Below the pieces are notes generated by a model. That model ran no database searches. It worked only from the letters and a program-made list of their open reading frames with translations, and had not been told where the DNA came from. Positions 49,720 through 59,850 of a stretch of 64,000 nt of DNA are shown in pieces. Source of the DNA: Patescibacteria group bacterium (GTDB taxonomy: Bacteria > Patescibacteriota > UBA1384 > 2-12-FULL-50-11); the NCBI GenBank assembly GCA_038058635.1, contig JBBUAP010000001.1:94157-158156 (forward strand), read 5' to 3'. How positions within the stretch are numbered: the stretch's first letter is position 1; each line of letters opens with the position of its first letter. The position numbers and the translations under genes are program-made.

Positions 49720-50886
49720 ATGGAACTAAGCCCTAAAGCCCAGGCAGTCGAACTAATTCGGCAGTCGCAAAATATCTTGATTCTGACTCATCAGGATCCG
49801 GACGGCGATGCTATTGGGTCAACTTTAGCCCTCCGACTGGCTCTCCAGCGACTAGGCAAGAGCGTCGACGCTCTGTTTGCTGGCCAAGTCCCGGCTTCAA
49901 TGTCGTTCCTGCCGGGCTACGACGAAATTAAAGACAAAACCATCACCCCGAGTAACGATCTGATTATTACCATCGATTCCCGCAACACCGGCGAAGATTT
50001 GAAGCTCGGCTACAAAAAAATAACTGACGAGCATCGGATCCAAATCGTCATCACACCGCCCAAAGGATCGTTGACGCCCGAAGATGTTAAAGTCGAACGC
50101 TCAATCCCTAAATACGACGCCGTCATCATGCTCGACTGCACCGGTTTTGATCGCCTCGGACCAATTTACACCGAATTTCCGGACCTCTTTTTGGAGACGC
50201 CAACAGTTTCGATTGATCACCATGTCACTAACTCCTACTCGGCCAAAGTTAACTGGGTTGATATGACTGCCACCTCGACCGCTGAAATGCTGGTGGCCTT
50301 AATCGAAGCGCTCGGTCGCGGCGAGAATCTGCTTGACGAAGAAGTTGCCACCTGTCTCTTAACCGGTTTAATCACAGATACTGGTAGTTTCCAAAATATG
50401 TCAACGACGCCAAAATCGCTGACCGTGGCCGCCCAACTTGTGGCTGCTGGCGCCAAGCACCAGGAAATTATCGAGCGCATCAGCACTAAATCGCTCTCAA
50501 CTTTGAAGCTTTGGGGGCGGGCGTTGGCCAAACTTCAAGAGAACAAAGATTTGCGCTATGTCTGGACGGAACTGACGAGCCAGGATTTCGCCGAAATCGG
50601 CGAATCTGAAGATGGCAGTCTGATTGACGAACTGTTGAAATCGGCCACCGATGTGGACTTTGTTTTATTACTGAAAGAAACCAACGACGGCCTTAAGGGT
50701 AGTATGCGCTCGGTCGCTCGAGATTACGATGTCGCTCGCATTGCGGCGGCTTTCGGTGGCGGTGGCCATAAAGCGGCGGCTGGCTTCCGTGTCGTGGGCG
50801 ACTTTAACACTATTAAGGACGAGATTGCCGTCAAAATTAACGAAACAATTCGCAATGTTCAGCTCGTCAATGCTGTCACCGATTGA
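49720..50886 (+). CDS. nrnA: DHH/DHHA1 phosphoesterase, NrnA-like oligoribonuclease/pAp phosphatase
   Basis: DHH motifs (HQDPDGDAIGS, DHH) and the DHHA1 GGGGHKAAAG motif. Confidence 0.8.
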   Translation: MELSPKAQAVELIRQSQNILILTHQDPDGDAIGSTLALRLALQRLGKSVDALFAGQVPASMSFLPGYDEIKDKTITPSNDLIITIDSRNTGEDLKLGYKKITDEHRIQIVITPPKGSLTPEDVKVERSIPKYDAVIMLDCTGFDRLGPIYTEFPDLFLETPTVSIDHHVTNSYSAKVNWVDMTATSTAEMLVALIEALGRGENLLDEEVATCLLTGLITDTGSFQNMSTTPKSLTVAAQLVAAGAKHQEIIERISTKSLSTLKLWGRALAKLQENKDLRYVWTELTSQDFAEIGESEDGSLIDELLKSATDVDFVLLLKETNDGLKGSMRSVARDYDVARIAAAFGGGGHKAAAGFRVVGDFNTIKDEIAVKINETIRNVQLVNAVTD

Positions 50887-50921
50887 ACCAGATACAAAAA
50901 AATGTTAGAATATTTGGACTA

Positions 50922-51188
50922 ATGGCAAAGATGACGAGCAAAGCTAAGGCGATCAAGAAGTTTCAAGCCCACGAAACTGACACCGGTTCATCCGAGGTTC
51001 AAGTGGCGGTTTTGAGTGATAAAATCAACACTCTGTCCGATCATTTACAGACTCACAAGAAGGATGTTGATTCCCGAATGGGGCTCTTAAAGATGATTAG
51101 CCAGCGCCGGAGCTTACTCGGATATTTAGAAAAGAAGAATCCCGAGCGCTACAAAAAGCTGATCGGGAGCTTAAGCTTGCGAAAGTAA
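50922..51188 (+). CDS. rpsO: 30S ribosomal protein S15
   Basis: MAKMTSKAKAIKKFQAHETDTGSSEVQVAVLSDKINTLSDHLQTHKKD. Start moved to ATG 50922. Confidence 0.9.
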   Translation: MAKMTSKAKAIKKFQAHETDTGSSEVQVAVLSDKINTLSDHLQTHKKDVDSRMGLLKMISQRRSLLGYLEKKNPERYKKLIGSLSLRK

Positions 51189-51384
51189 TTTGTACCTTTG
51201 AATCTCGCTTAGCGCGACAATTGTTTGTTAGCGAAACGCTCAACCTCAGTAATGGGCTCGAGCAATATTGTTGCTAGCGGTGCCTGGAGTACCAGAAGCT
51301 TCACAACAAAATTACTCTCGCCCAAATAACGAGTATTCGCTGCCCATAAATTAACAATAAGTAGTGGAGGCCGACGATCGTCTG

Positions 51385-51424
51385 GCTAGTGGTGACTCCA
51401 AGCTTGCTTGGGTTCACCACTAGC
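51385..51424 (+). promoter_or_regulatory. Long hairpin in the pnp 5' leader, a candidate RNase III/autoregulatory site
   Basis: gctagtggtga ... tcaccactagc is an 11-bp stem enclosing a second hairpin, ccaagc ttg cttgg. Lies about 45 nt upstream of the pnp ATG. Confidence 0.4.
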
Positions 51425-51466
51425 TACCGCATGATCGCCACCTCCTTAGAAAAAGGAGAATTGAAC

Positions 51467-53563
51467 ATGAAAGAATTGAAGAAAGCGACCGTGCCTTACG
51501 GAGAAACGGAGATAATTTTAGAACACGGCAAGTTGGCCAAACAGGCTGACGGCTCGGTGACTGTGCGTCAAGGCGACACGGTCCTTTTGGCGACCGCTTG
51601 CGTTGCCGATAAGCCAAAAGTCGGTAGCGATTTTTTCCCGCTGACGATTGATTACGAGGAACGGATGTACGCTGCTGGTAAAATATCCAGCTCCAAATTT
51701 ATGAAACGCGAAGGCCGCCCAAGTGAGTCCGCCGTTCTAACTGGCCGCCTGGTTGATCGTTCGATCCGACCGATGTTTCCCAAGGGTCTGCGTCGCGAAG
51801 TCCAGGTAATTGTGACGACGCTGTCGTATGACGGCGAGCACGACACCTCGGCCTTGGCTGTCATCGGCGCCTCGGCCGCCTTGATTCAAACTGATGCTCC
51901 GTTTGCCGGCCCAATCGCCGCCGTCCGAGTTGGTTTGGTTGACGGCAAGTTAATCCTTAACCCAACCACAACGCAAATGGCCGAAAGTGAACTCGATTTG
52001 CTGGCTTCCGGTAGCGAGCACAAGATTACGATGATTGAAGTAGCGGCCAACGAAATTCCCGAAGCGAAAATGGCCGAAGCCCTGGCTTTTGCCCAAAAAG
52101 GGATTGCCGCGGCGATCGAGCCCCAGCGGGCCTTCATCAATGCCGATAAAGAAAAAGTCGAGCATGTTGAGCCCGAGCATATCGGTAAAGTTAAAGATTT
52201 CTCTTGGGATCGCTTACAAACAATTGTCACCGAAACCGACCTGACCAAGCGCCACGACCTCTTGAAAACCCTCGAAGCCGATGCGATCGAGAAATTTGCC
52301 GAAGAGTTTGAGGCCGGGCAAGTGATCGAAGCCGTTGAACTGGCTTTTCATAAAGCGATTCGAACCTTAATACTCGAGAAGAAGCAGCGACCAGACGGCC
52401 GGAAGATGGACGAAGTCCGCTCGCTCGAGATCGAAGTCGGCGTTCTGCCCCGAGTCCACGGCACCGGTTTGTTTAATCGTGGCGAGACCCAAGCGTTAAC
52501 AATTGTGACGCTGGCTGGCCCGGGTCAAGAGCTTCATATCGACACGCTCGAAGATTTTGGCACCAAGCGATACCTTCATCACTACAACTTCCCGCCTTAC
52601 GCTACCGGCGAGATCAAGCGAATGGGCGGCATGAATCGCCGCGAAATTGGCCACGGCGCTTTGGCTGAAAAGGCCTTAGAGATGATGATTCCCGAGCGCT
52701 CAGTCTTCCCTTACACCATCCGCCTCGTTTCCGAGATTCTCGGTTCTAACGGCTCGAGTTCGATGGCCGCTACCTGCGGCTCGACTTTGGCGCTGATGGA
52801 CGCTGGCGTGCCGATTAAATCCCCGGTGGCTGGAATTGCTATGGGTATCGTGGTTGGTGACGATGATAACTTCGAAGTCTTGACCGACCTGCAAGGTCTG
52901 GAAGATTTCGCCGGCGAAATGGACTTCAAGATTGCGGGAACCGCCAAAGGCATTACCGCTATTCAGCTTGATGTCAAAAATCACGGCCTAACCGATAAAA
53001 TGATCGAAGCCACTTTTGCCGCCGCCCTGAAGGGTCGCGAAGAAATTATGGCGGGAATGCTCAAGGTTATTGCCGAGCCAAGAGCCGAACTATCCAAGTA
53101 CGCCCCACGCATTATCACAACCAAGATTGATCCTGAGAAAATCGGCGAACTGATCGGGCCTGGTGGCAAAGTCATTAACGGCATCATCGACGCTCAAGGC
53201 GGTCGAGAGATCTTGAATATTGATATCGACGACGACGGCACGGTCATGATTACCTCAAACGACGCCGCCAAAGCCGAAGCGGTCAAGGCGATTGTCGAAT
53301 CGATCGGCAAACCGGTTGTTATCGGCGAAGAGTTCACTGGCACGATTGTTAACATTCAAAAAGACCGCATGAGTGGCAAAGAGATCGGGGCGATTGTTCA
53401 ACTGACACCTAATAAAGACGGCATGATTCATGTCTCGGCGCTCGGTACCGGTGGCTTTGTCGAGAATGTCTCCGATGTCGTCAAAGTTGGCGACACCGTC
53501 AAAGTCAAAGTTAAAGACGTCGACCCAGACAAAGGCCGCATCTCACTGGTACGAATTGCCTAG
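51467..53563 (+). CDS. pnp: Polynucleotide phosphorylase
   Basis: Two RNase PH domains, KH and S1, and the motif FPYTIRLVSEILGSNGSSSMA. Start at ATG 51467, preceded by AAGGAG. Confidence 0.95.
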   Translation: MKELKKATVPYGETEIILEHGKLAKQADGSVTVRQGDTVLLATACVADKPKVGSDFFPLTIDYEERMYAAGKISSSKFMKREGRPSESAVLTGRLVDRSIRPMFPKGLRREVQVIVTTLSYDGEHDTSALAVIGASAALIQTDAPFAGPIAAVRVGLVDGKLILNPTTTQMAESELDLLASGSEHKITMIEVAANEIPEAKMAEALAFAQKGIAAAIEPQRAFINADKEKVEHVEPEHIGKVKDFSWDRLQTIVTETDLTKRHDLLKTLEADAIEKFAEEFEAGQVIEAVELAFHKAIRTLILEKKQRPDGRKMDEVRSLEIEVGVLPRVHGTGLFNRGETQALTIVTLAGPGQELHIDTLEDFGTKRYLHHYNFPPYATGEIKRMGGMNRREIGHGALAEKALEMMIPERSVFPYTIRLVSEILGSNGSSSMAATCGSTLALMDAGVPIKSPVAGIAMGIVVGDDDNFEVLTDLQGLEDFAGEMDFKIAGTAKGITAIQLDVKNHGLTDKMIEATFAAALKGREEIMAGMLKVIAEPRAELSKYAPRIITTKIDPEKIGELIGPGGKVINGIIDAQGGREILNIDIDDDGTVMITSNDAAKAEAVKAIVESIGKPVVIGEEFTGTIVNIQKDRMSGKEIGAIVQLTPNKDGMIHVSALGTGGFVENVSDVVKVGDTVKVKVKDVDPDKGRISLVRIA

Positions 53564-53856
53564 TTGCTCCTGTCGGGTTGGCCCCAGTCGTGCGTCGATT
53601 GGTACCGACCGGCTAAATCTTCGGGCATTTCGGCGCCAATAAATTTGAAGCGGGGTTGTTTAGCGCCATCAGCCTCAACCTCTTCGAAAAACATCGCCAC
53701 TGGTCGGACGGTTATTCTCGGCCCCGCCTTGGGACCGAGCGGGATATAGCAAACAAATTTCTCCTCTGTTTCAGAGTGTCGGGCCACGCCCAACACTAGG
53801 ATCATTAGACCGGTGTAATGCCGGTAAACACCGGCATTGATGGTGTTACTAGTCAT
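53560..53856 (-). CDS. DUF1653-like protein
   Basis: GVYRHYTG...VLGVARHSETEEKFVCY...VRPVAMFFEEVE...PRFKFIG matches the DUF1653 pattern. Confidence 0.55.
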   Translation of the reverse strand: MTSNTINAGVYRHYTGLMILVLGVARHSETEEKFVCYIPLGPKAGPRITVRPVAMFFEEVEADGAKQPRFKFIGAEMPEDLAGRYQSTHDWGQPDRSN

Positions 53857-55264
53857 CGGCCATCGGTTCCTCGGAGCTAGTCTCTAGCTTGGGGAAGACT
53901 TGTTCGGTCGTCTCGATCGGGGGGTAACCAATCGCCGATCGACTGTCTGTCTCCTCCAGCTTGACCCAGCTTGGTACCGGCCGACCTTGGTACAGGCCGA
54001 AAAGTTCGGCCAGGAATGTCGTAGCGTAGGCGCCCTTAGTCAAATCGAAGTGAAATATCAAACCAACTTCAGTCGGTGTGACTGAGTGGACATCGACATT
54101 GATACGGGTCGGAATTAGTCGTGGTCGGGGACGACCAAGAAAGTTGAGCTCCGGCTGATGCCAATGCAGTTGCTTTAGGCCTTCTTCGGGCAGCAGCCGA
54201 TCGTACCAATCGATTGACTCTGGACCAAGTAAGGGGATAGACGGATCGACTTTGTCGCTAGTCGCTTGTTGCGACAGGACTTTATTGAAACAGTAGCTGC
54301 CATAGGCGCTATAAGCCATTTTGGTTTGATCTGGCGTTGCTCGTAAGGCGGCCGCCATATCACGGGGATTATTATTGAGTGCGTCGAGTGCTTTCAGCTC
54401 GTGCTGAAAAAAGTAAGGAAACTGGCTGAACAGTTGATTAATTTTCTCCCAATCTCCCCAGATCGAGATTGCCTGATGCCGTAAGTCTTGGAGGGCTTTG
54501 GTTTCGTGTGGACTAACACCAGCGATGAACAGTCGTATGGCATCTTCGTACCGACCAAGCATGACCTGCTTGCCGATCTTGTGACCCAGGAGTCGACTAC
54601 CAAACCGCTGGAGGGAGAAGAAATTCAGGAACCCTTGTTCGCCGATTTCTTGAAGTCGGGTCTGGATTTGTTGCTGATCAACAGAATTTGTTCGCACTAA
54701 AATAGTAAAGCGATTGCCGATCAGTTCGCCGACATTTCGCATACCAATACGGTAATGACCATTCTTGAAGAAAACATTGGGCAGACTCAAGGTCGATAAC
54801 CGGTCGGCCGCAGTTCTATTGATCGAGACCCTTTGGGCGGTTATAGCCTTACTGTCTTTAAGACCGGCGTAAGTGATCTGGTTTAGGTCAAGCTCCAGCT
54901 CCTCAGCCAGTCGCTCAATCACCTCGAAGGTGGCGAAACCTTGCTTGACCATATCAACTTCCAGCCGCAGTTTTTTATTTGGGTCATCGGACATCGGTGT
55001 GTCGAGCTGATGATCGGATAGTGGTCCAGGGGCGATACTTACCAGTTCGCCCGTTTCCGTTATCTCCTCGACTATAAAGTCGCGATAACTATGCTTAATG
55101 TAGCCCTCGCCGAGTAGTCGAGGTTGGTAAAAGATACCAATTTTTTGTAAAAACGGGGCGGTAAATTGAGCCGGCTCTTCAGCTTCGGCTTGTGACGGGT
55201 CGGTCGCCGAAAGCTCTTTGAGTCGAGCGATATCGGCTAGGCGAAGTTCGTAATTAGTGGCCAT
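53849..55264 (-). CDS. truD: tRNA pseudouridine(13) synthase TruD-like
   Basis: YAGLKDSKAITAQ is the TruD/Pus7 motif carrying the catalytic Asp. Size is 471 aa. Confidence 0.7.
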   Translation of the reverse strand: MATNYELRLADIARLKELSATDPSQAEAEEPAQFTAPFLQKIGIFYQPRLLGEGYIKHSYRDFIVEEITETGELVSIAPGPLSDHQLDTPMSDDPNKKLRLEVDMVKQGFATFEVIERLAEELELDLNQITYAGLKDSKAITAQRVSINRTAADRLSTLSLPNVFFKNGHYRIGMRNVGELIGNRFTILVRTNSVDQQQIQTRLQEIGEQGFLNFFSLQRFGSRLLGHKIGKQVMLGRYEDAIRLFIAGVSPHETKALQDLRHQAISIWGDWEKINQLFSQFPYFFQHELKALDALNNNPRDMAAALRATPDQTKMAYSAYGSYCFNKVLSQQATSDKVDPSIPLLGPESIDWYDRLLPEEGLKQLHWHQPELNFLGRPRPRLIPTRINVDVHSVTPTEVGLIFHFDLTKGAYATTFLAELFGLYQGRPVPSWVKLEETDSRSAIGYPPIETTEQVFPKLETSSEEPMADD

Positions 55265-55305
55265 TACTTAAAGCGTTAACCATTTCCTGTAAGAATAACA
55301 TTTTG

Positions 55306-55345
55306 GATAAAAAGATGCCCCCGTCCACAGCGATGTGGCGGGGGC
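55306..55345 (-). terminator. Strong GC-rich rho-independent terminator, read on the minus strand, for the GC-rich gene
   Basis: On the minus strand: gcccccgccaca tcgc tgtggacgggggc followed by atcttttta. Confidence 0.6.
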
Positions 55346-55366
55346 GAAGGGGAGCGAGGCGGGGGC

Positions 55367-56029
55367 CTAGAACGTGAAGCCGAACTTCTCGACGTCGATC
55401 GTCGGGATACCGTCGATCTCGAAGAGCTCGAGGTCCGCCAGGGGCAGGCGGGCGGCAACTTTGGGGTTCCACTCCTGGATCACCAAGTTGAACCGCAGCC
55501 AACCCTGGTTTGGGTTTACCCAGAGGAAGAATCCGACCAAGTGATCGTCGGGTATCGAGGCCAACGACCGTCGGGCCCCGACGATCTCGACCGAGCCGTC
55601 TTGGCCTGTGAGACCATGACCGCGGAAGCGAAGCTCGATCTTCCGTTGCCGCTTTCCGTTGCCCTGGTCGGTTTCGATGTACTGGGCCGTTTCGAAACAT
55701 CCTAGGATCGACTTAAGAGCGCTGAACCGCATCGATCCTGCTAGCACGTTTACGCCGTTGTCCTGGATCGGCGTTCCGCCGATCGTGACCCGGTCGTACA
55801 TGGACTTCTTCAGTCCGAAGTCAGACTGATTCTCCGTCTGCTGCCGCCGATCGCGGAAGCGGGGCGCCGGAAGATCCAGTTCCACCTGAACCGCCGACGC
55901 CAAGCCGGGGAGGTTGCAGATAGTGAGGAGAGACAAGGGAATGACCTTGCTCTTGGCGAGGAACGTGGCAAAATCCTCGGGGCCGTAGGTTACCGCGTCT
56001 TGAGAACCGCTGTTTACAGAACTGCTCAT
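55367..56029 (-). CDS. Hypothetical protein (220 aa) in a locally GC-rich segment; possible horizontal acquisition
   Basis: Codon-consistent ORF where GC is visibly higher (near 60% by eye) than the flanks (near 50%). Own terminator. No recognisable family. Confidence 0.5.
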   Translation of the reverse strand: MSSSVNSGSQDAVTYGPEDFATFLAKSKVIPLSLLTICNLPGLASAVQVELDLPAPRFRDRRQQTENQSDFGLKKSMYDRVTIGGTPIQDNGVNVLAGSMRFSALKSILGCFETAQYIETDQGNGKRQRKIELRFRGHGLTGQDGSVEIVGARRSLASIPDDHLVGFFLWVNPNQGWLRFNLVIQEWNPKVAARLPLADLELFEIDGIPTIDVEKFGFTF

Positions 56030-56398
56030 GTGAATCTCCTTGCTGGGGTCTGCCCAGCGTCCTTGTTGTTCGAGTGCTCTTTCGAGCAAGTCGTTAGACC
56101 ACCCGAAAGGATATTGGAACTATACCATATCAGCCCGAGAATGTCAAGAGTTTTAGACCCCTTTTTTAGCAATAATCCAGGCCTGTATGTAAATAGAAAG
56201 AGGAACTACCCGCTAACTTAGTTAGTCATATGTAGGCAGCTGGTCACTTTCTTTGCAGAAGATGTCTTAATTTACCTACCAGGTTAGTCGGGAGTGCTAA
56301 CAGGTTGGACCAAAAGCGCCAAAGGACTCGCCATTGAAACGTCCGCCCTAACCAAGAGACAGCCTGTAATTAAAGTGGTATATCTAATCCATAGTCTT

Positions 56399-56968
56399 AT
56401 GACCAAAGAAGAAGCACTGGTGGAAGTGGCCAAAAGGATCACTGCTTGCGAGCAGTGTAAATATGCGCCCAATCAGAATCCCGTACCTGGTGAGGGTAGT
56501 CCAGATGCCGAGATTATGTTTGTTGGCGAAGCGCCGGGTAAGAAGGAAAATGAGACTGGCCGGCCGTTTGTTGGCGCAGCGGGGAAATTCTTGAACGAGA
56601 TGCTTAATTCAATCGGCTTGGAGCGGGAGGATATTTTTATTGCCAATGTCATCAAGTACCAGCCGCCGGAAAATCGGGATCCGTTGCCAGAAGAAATTGC
56701 TCTTCAGCTGCCGTTTTTGAAAAAGCAGATCGCCATTATCAAACCAAAACTGATCTGCTTTTTAGGTCGTCACGCCCTGCACGCGCTTTTGCCCGATGAA
56801 ACCCGGCCAATCTCAGTACTTCACGGTCAACTGGTCAAAGATGATAACCAACACTATTTACCGCTCTACCATCCAGCCGCCGCGCTCTACAACGGCGGTA
56901 TGCGCCAAACTCTCCTCGACGACTTCGCCAAAATCCCTGGAATCATGGATCAGATTAGCTCAAATTGA
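56399..56968 (+). CDS. Uracil-DNA glycosylase, family 4
   Basis: CEQCKYAPNQN...GEGSPDAEIMFVGEAPGKKENETGRPFVGAAGKFL ... HPAA are the family-4 UDG motifs. Confidence 0.8.
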   Translation: MTKEEALVEVAKRITACEQCKYAPNQNPVPGEGSPDAEIMFVGEAPGKKENETGRPFVGAAGKFLNEMLNSIGLEREDIFIANVIKYQPPENRDPLPEEIALQLPFLKKQIAIIKPKLICFLGRHALHALLPDETRPISVLHGQLVKDDNQHYLPLYHPAAALYNGGMRQTLLDDFAKIPGIMDQISSN

Positions 56969-57076
56969 CTTTTGCAAGCGGGCTAGTTATAATATATAAA
57001 CTAACTCGGGTTTCGCCAGTGGGCGAACCGACCTAAGTACTCCAATTAGAAACACATTTTTTAGAAAGGACTCATT

Positions 57077-59092
57077 TTGAATCAACCTAATTCCGGTGCT
57101 GATAGCAGCACCACTAATTCCCCAACGGTAGCTGGGGTTAATAAAGCTACCGACGGGATCGTTAATATCTCTGACGCCGGACAAGTGTTGGCGCCAAATC
57201 CCAAATCCAACCCACCTGCCGGCGGACAAACTTCCAGACCTAATAGACCAAGAGGGCCGCGAAGAGATTTTAAACCACGCAATCGTCCTGTCCAAAGTGC
57301 CGCAAGCGGCCAAGGCCGTCCGTTTCGTCGAGACAGCAAACCCTTTCGTCGTCCTAACAAAGCCGGCGAGAAATTTGGCCCAACTGGAGCGGCTGAAGGG
57401 GCACCGACCGCCAAAGTCATTGCTCGGGCAGCCAATAACACTCTAAGAATTATTCCTCTCGGCGGATCGGGCGAAACCGGCGACAAAAATATGCTGGTTT
57501 ACGAGTATAACAACGACATTCTCATTATTGATGCTGGGATTAAGTTTCCTGACGCCGATATGCCAGGGATCGATTATGTTATCTGTGACACGACCTACCT
57601 CGATCAGAATAAAGATCGGATTCGGGCCTTCGTAATTACTCACGGTCACGAAGATCATATCGGCGGTATGCCATATATTTACCCGAAGTTCCGCGTGCCG
57701 ATTTATACGGCGCCGTTAACAGCCGGCCTGATCAAATCCAAATTCGAAGAACACGGCATCGAAGGGGCTGATTTCCGAATTATCAAACCAAACGAACGGA
57801 TTCAAATCGGCGCCTTTGTCGTCGAGCCGGTCCGAATGACCCATTCAATCCCCGATATTCTGGGCTTGGCGATCACCACCCCAGTCGGCCTGATTTATCA
57901 CGCCACCGACTGGAAAATCGACTTTACCCCACCGTTTGGCGAGCCGACTGATTTTACCAAGCTGGCCGAATTGGCCAAACGCGGGGTCCTCTGCTTGCTG
58001 TCCGACTCGACTAATGTGATGGAGTCTGGCTACACGATGAGCGAACAGGTGGTTGGTCGAGCGCTGGAAGATATTTTTGTCAAAGCGCCGGGGCGAATCA
58101 TCGTTTCGAGTTTTGCCTCAAGAATTGATCGCATTCAGCATGTCGTCACTGCCTGCGCGGCTTCGGGTCGCAAGCTGGCTATATCTGGTCGATCGATGGA
58201 GAAAAACATTAACATCGCCATGGAGCTGGGCTACCTCAAAGTTCCGCAAGGGGTTCTGACTGATCTCCGAACTGTCGGCAACATTCCCGACCATAAGTTA
58301 GTGGTGATGTGTACTGGCTCACAAGGTGAAGAGTTCTCGGCGTTGGTCCGAATGGCCACCGGCGAGCACCGTCACATCAACATCAAAAAAGGCGATACGG
58401 TTGTCTTGTCGGCCTCTCAAGTGCCGGGTAATGAGAAGGCTGTCTCGGCCACCATCAATAATCTCTACCGCCTCGGCGCCGAAGTCATTACCAACAAAGA
58501 ATTAGACATTCACTCCTCTGGCCACGCCAATCGCGAAGAGATGAAACTGATGATCTCGCTACTCCAGCCCAAATACTTGATGCCTATTCACGGCGATTAT
58601 CGTAGTCTAGTCGAACACTGCAAACTAGCTCGCGGTCTCGGCATGAAAGAAGAGAATTGCTTAGTTGTCGAGAACGGTCAGATCGTTGAATTTGATGCTA
58701 ACGGCGGACGAATCTCCAAAGAGAGAGCGCCGGTCGGCTATGTCTTGATCGACGGTCTCGGTGTCGGTGATGTTGGCGAAGTGGTCTTGCGCGATCGTCA
58801 AACTATGGCGGCTGACGGCATCTTCTTGATTATTATGACCGTCGACGGTCAGAAGGGGACGCTCGTGACTAGCCCAGATATCATCTCCCGCGGCTTTGTC
58901 TATATGAAAGAATCGGAAGACCTAATCGCAAGTACCCGGACCCAGATTAAGAAATTCCACGAGGTTCACACCGGCCGAGGGACAATTAACTGGGAATTCT
59001 TCAAAAAAGCGATGCGCGACGACATTGGCGAGTTCTTATTCGAGAAAACGCAAAGACGACCGATGGTGATTCCGGTAGTGATTCAAGTTTAA
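57077..59092 (+). CDS. rnj: Ribonuclease J (metallo-beta-lactamase/beta-CASP) with a ~130-aa Arg/Pro/Gly-rich N-terminal extension
   Basis: HGHEDHIGG motif, beta-CASP and a C-terminal domain. The N-terminus is low complexity (RPNRPRGPRRDFKPRNRP...). Confidence 0.9.
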   Translation: MNQPNSGADSSTTNSPTVAGVNKATDGIVNISDAGQVLAPNPKSNPPAGGQTSRPNRPRGPRRDFKPRNRPVQSAASGQGRPFRRDSKPFRRPNKAGEKFGPTGAAEGAPTAKVIARAANNTLRIIPLGGSGETGDKNMLVYEYNNDILIIDAGIKFPDADMPGIDYVICDTTYLDQNKDRIRAFVITHGHEDHIGGMPYIYPKFRVPIYTAPLTAGLIKSKFEEHGIEGADFRIIKPNERIQIGAFVVEPVRMTHSIPDILGLAITTPVGLIYHATDWKIDFTPPFGEPTDFTKLAELAKRGVLCLLSDSTNVMESGYTMSEQVVGRALEDIFVKAPGRIIVSSFASRIDRIQHVVTACAASGRKLAISGRSMEKNINIAMELGYLKVPQGVLTDLRTVGNIPDHKLVVMCTGSQGEEFSALVRMATGEHRHINIKKGDTVVLSASQVPGNEKAVSATINNLYRLGAEVITNKELDIHSSGHANREEMKLMISLLQPKYLMPIHGDYRSLVEHCKLARGLGMKEENCLVVENGQIVEFDANGGRISKERAPVGYVLIDGLGVGDVGEVVLRDRQTMAADGIFLIIMTVDGQKGTLVTSPDIISRGFVYMKESEDLIASTRTQIKKFHEVHTGRGTINWEFFKKAMRDDIGEFLFEKTQRRPMVIPVVIQV

Positions 59093-59294
59093 TAAAATTT
59101 GCGACCCTGCCGCCGCCTTGCCATAGCGAGGACCAGGGGGCTGATTTGCGAAGCCGCCCCCTAGCCCCTCGCGCTCCCTACCCCCGCCCGCTTCCCTACG
59201 GGGTATGGTGAAAAACCGCTCGCTGACCTGCTTTTGATGGGTCATGGCTCGCGGTTTTTCGATAATGTGGATAAAAGAAGCCCCGAGCGCGTGG

Positions 59295-59753
59295 TCATTG
59301 CTGACTTTGCGCTCGGGGCGTTGGGACGGGTCGGTCAAGGTTGCTGATTTGCTCTTGCGTGAGTTCGGTTTCTTTTCCTGTTTCTGGGTCGTGGTAGCCG
59401 AACATCGCTCCTGGTAGCTGTTGGCGTCGGTCGTTGATAACGACCTCAATGCCGTGAAACTTGCCGTAGCGTTCGACGACATTGCCGATAGCGTCGTTTT
59501 CGGATAGACCGCCGTAGCTGTGCGGCTCCGACCCGCTAGTCAGCGTTGCCTCCCAGTTGGCGTCACCACATCTTTTTGTGGCGTACTCGATGCCGAAATC
59601 TTTCCGAGACCGCGCAACTACATTGCCGATAGCGCTGCTTGAAGAGAGGCCGGAGCTAGTAGCCCTCATGGACCTAATTCCCGACTTCATTGTCATGACC
59701 GCTTCCCAGTTGGATGGACCAAATGGGGAGCTCTCAATCCTCACCCTTCTCAT
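59295..59753 (-). CDS. Possible small repeat-containing protein. Coding status is uncertain; the locus is built from ~110-140-bp tandem DNA repeats.
   Basis: The translation repeats a unit 2.5 times (...NWEA.LT.SG...AIGNVV.R..K..GIE...). The DNA repeats cattgccgatagcg and c(c/t)tcccagttgg. No SD, no family. Confidence 0.25.
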   Translation of the reverse strand: MRRVRIESSPFGPSNWEAVMTMKSGIRSMRATSSGLSSSSAIGNVVARSRKDFGIEYATKRCGDANWEATLTSGSEPHSYGGLSENDAIGNVVERYGKFHGIEVVINDRRQQLPGAMFGYHDPETGKETELTQEQISNLDRPVPTPRAQSQQ

Positions 59754-59850
59754 AACTCACCTCGTAGGGAAAGGTTACCAGTTTAGTCACGGGAAATCAA
59801 TACTGTGGGGTGTAGCTAAACGGTCTCGGGGAATGTAGAGTGAAACTATC

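Noticed and set aside
55254-55700. Arg/Pro-rich ORFs of 148 and 60 aa in an alternative frame of the GC-rich gene
   Set aside because: A composition artefact of high-GC DNA. The frame with a coherent protein and a terminator is the 55367-56029 one.
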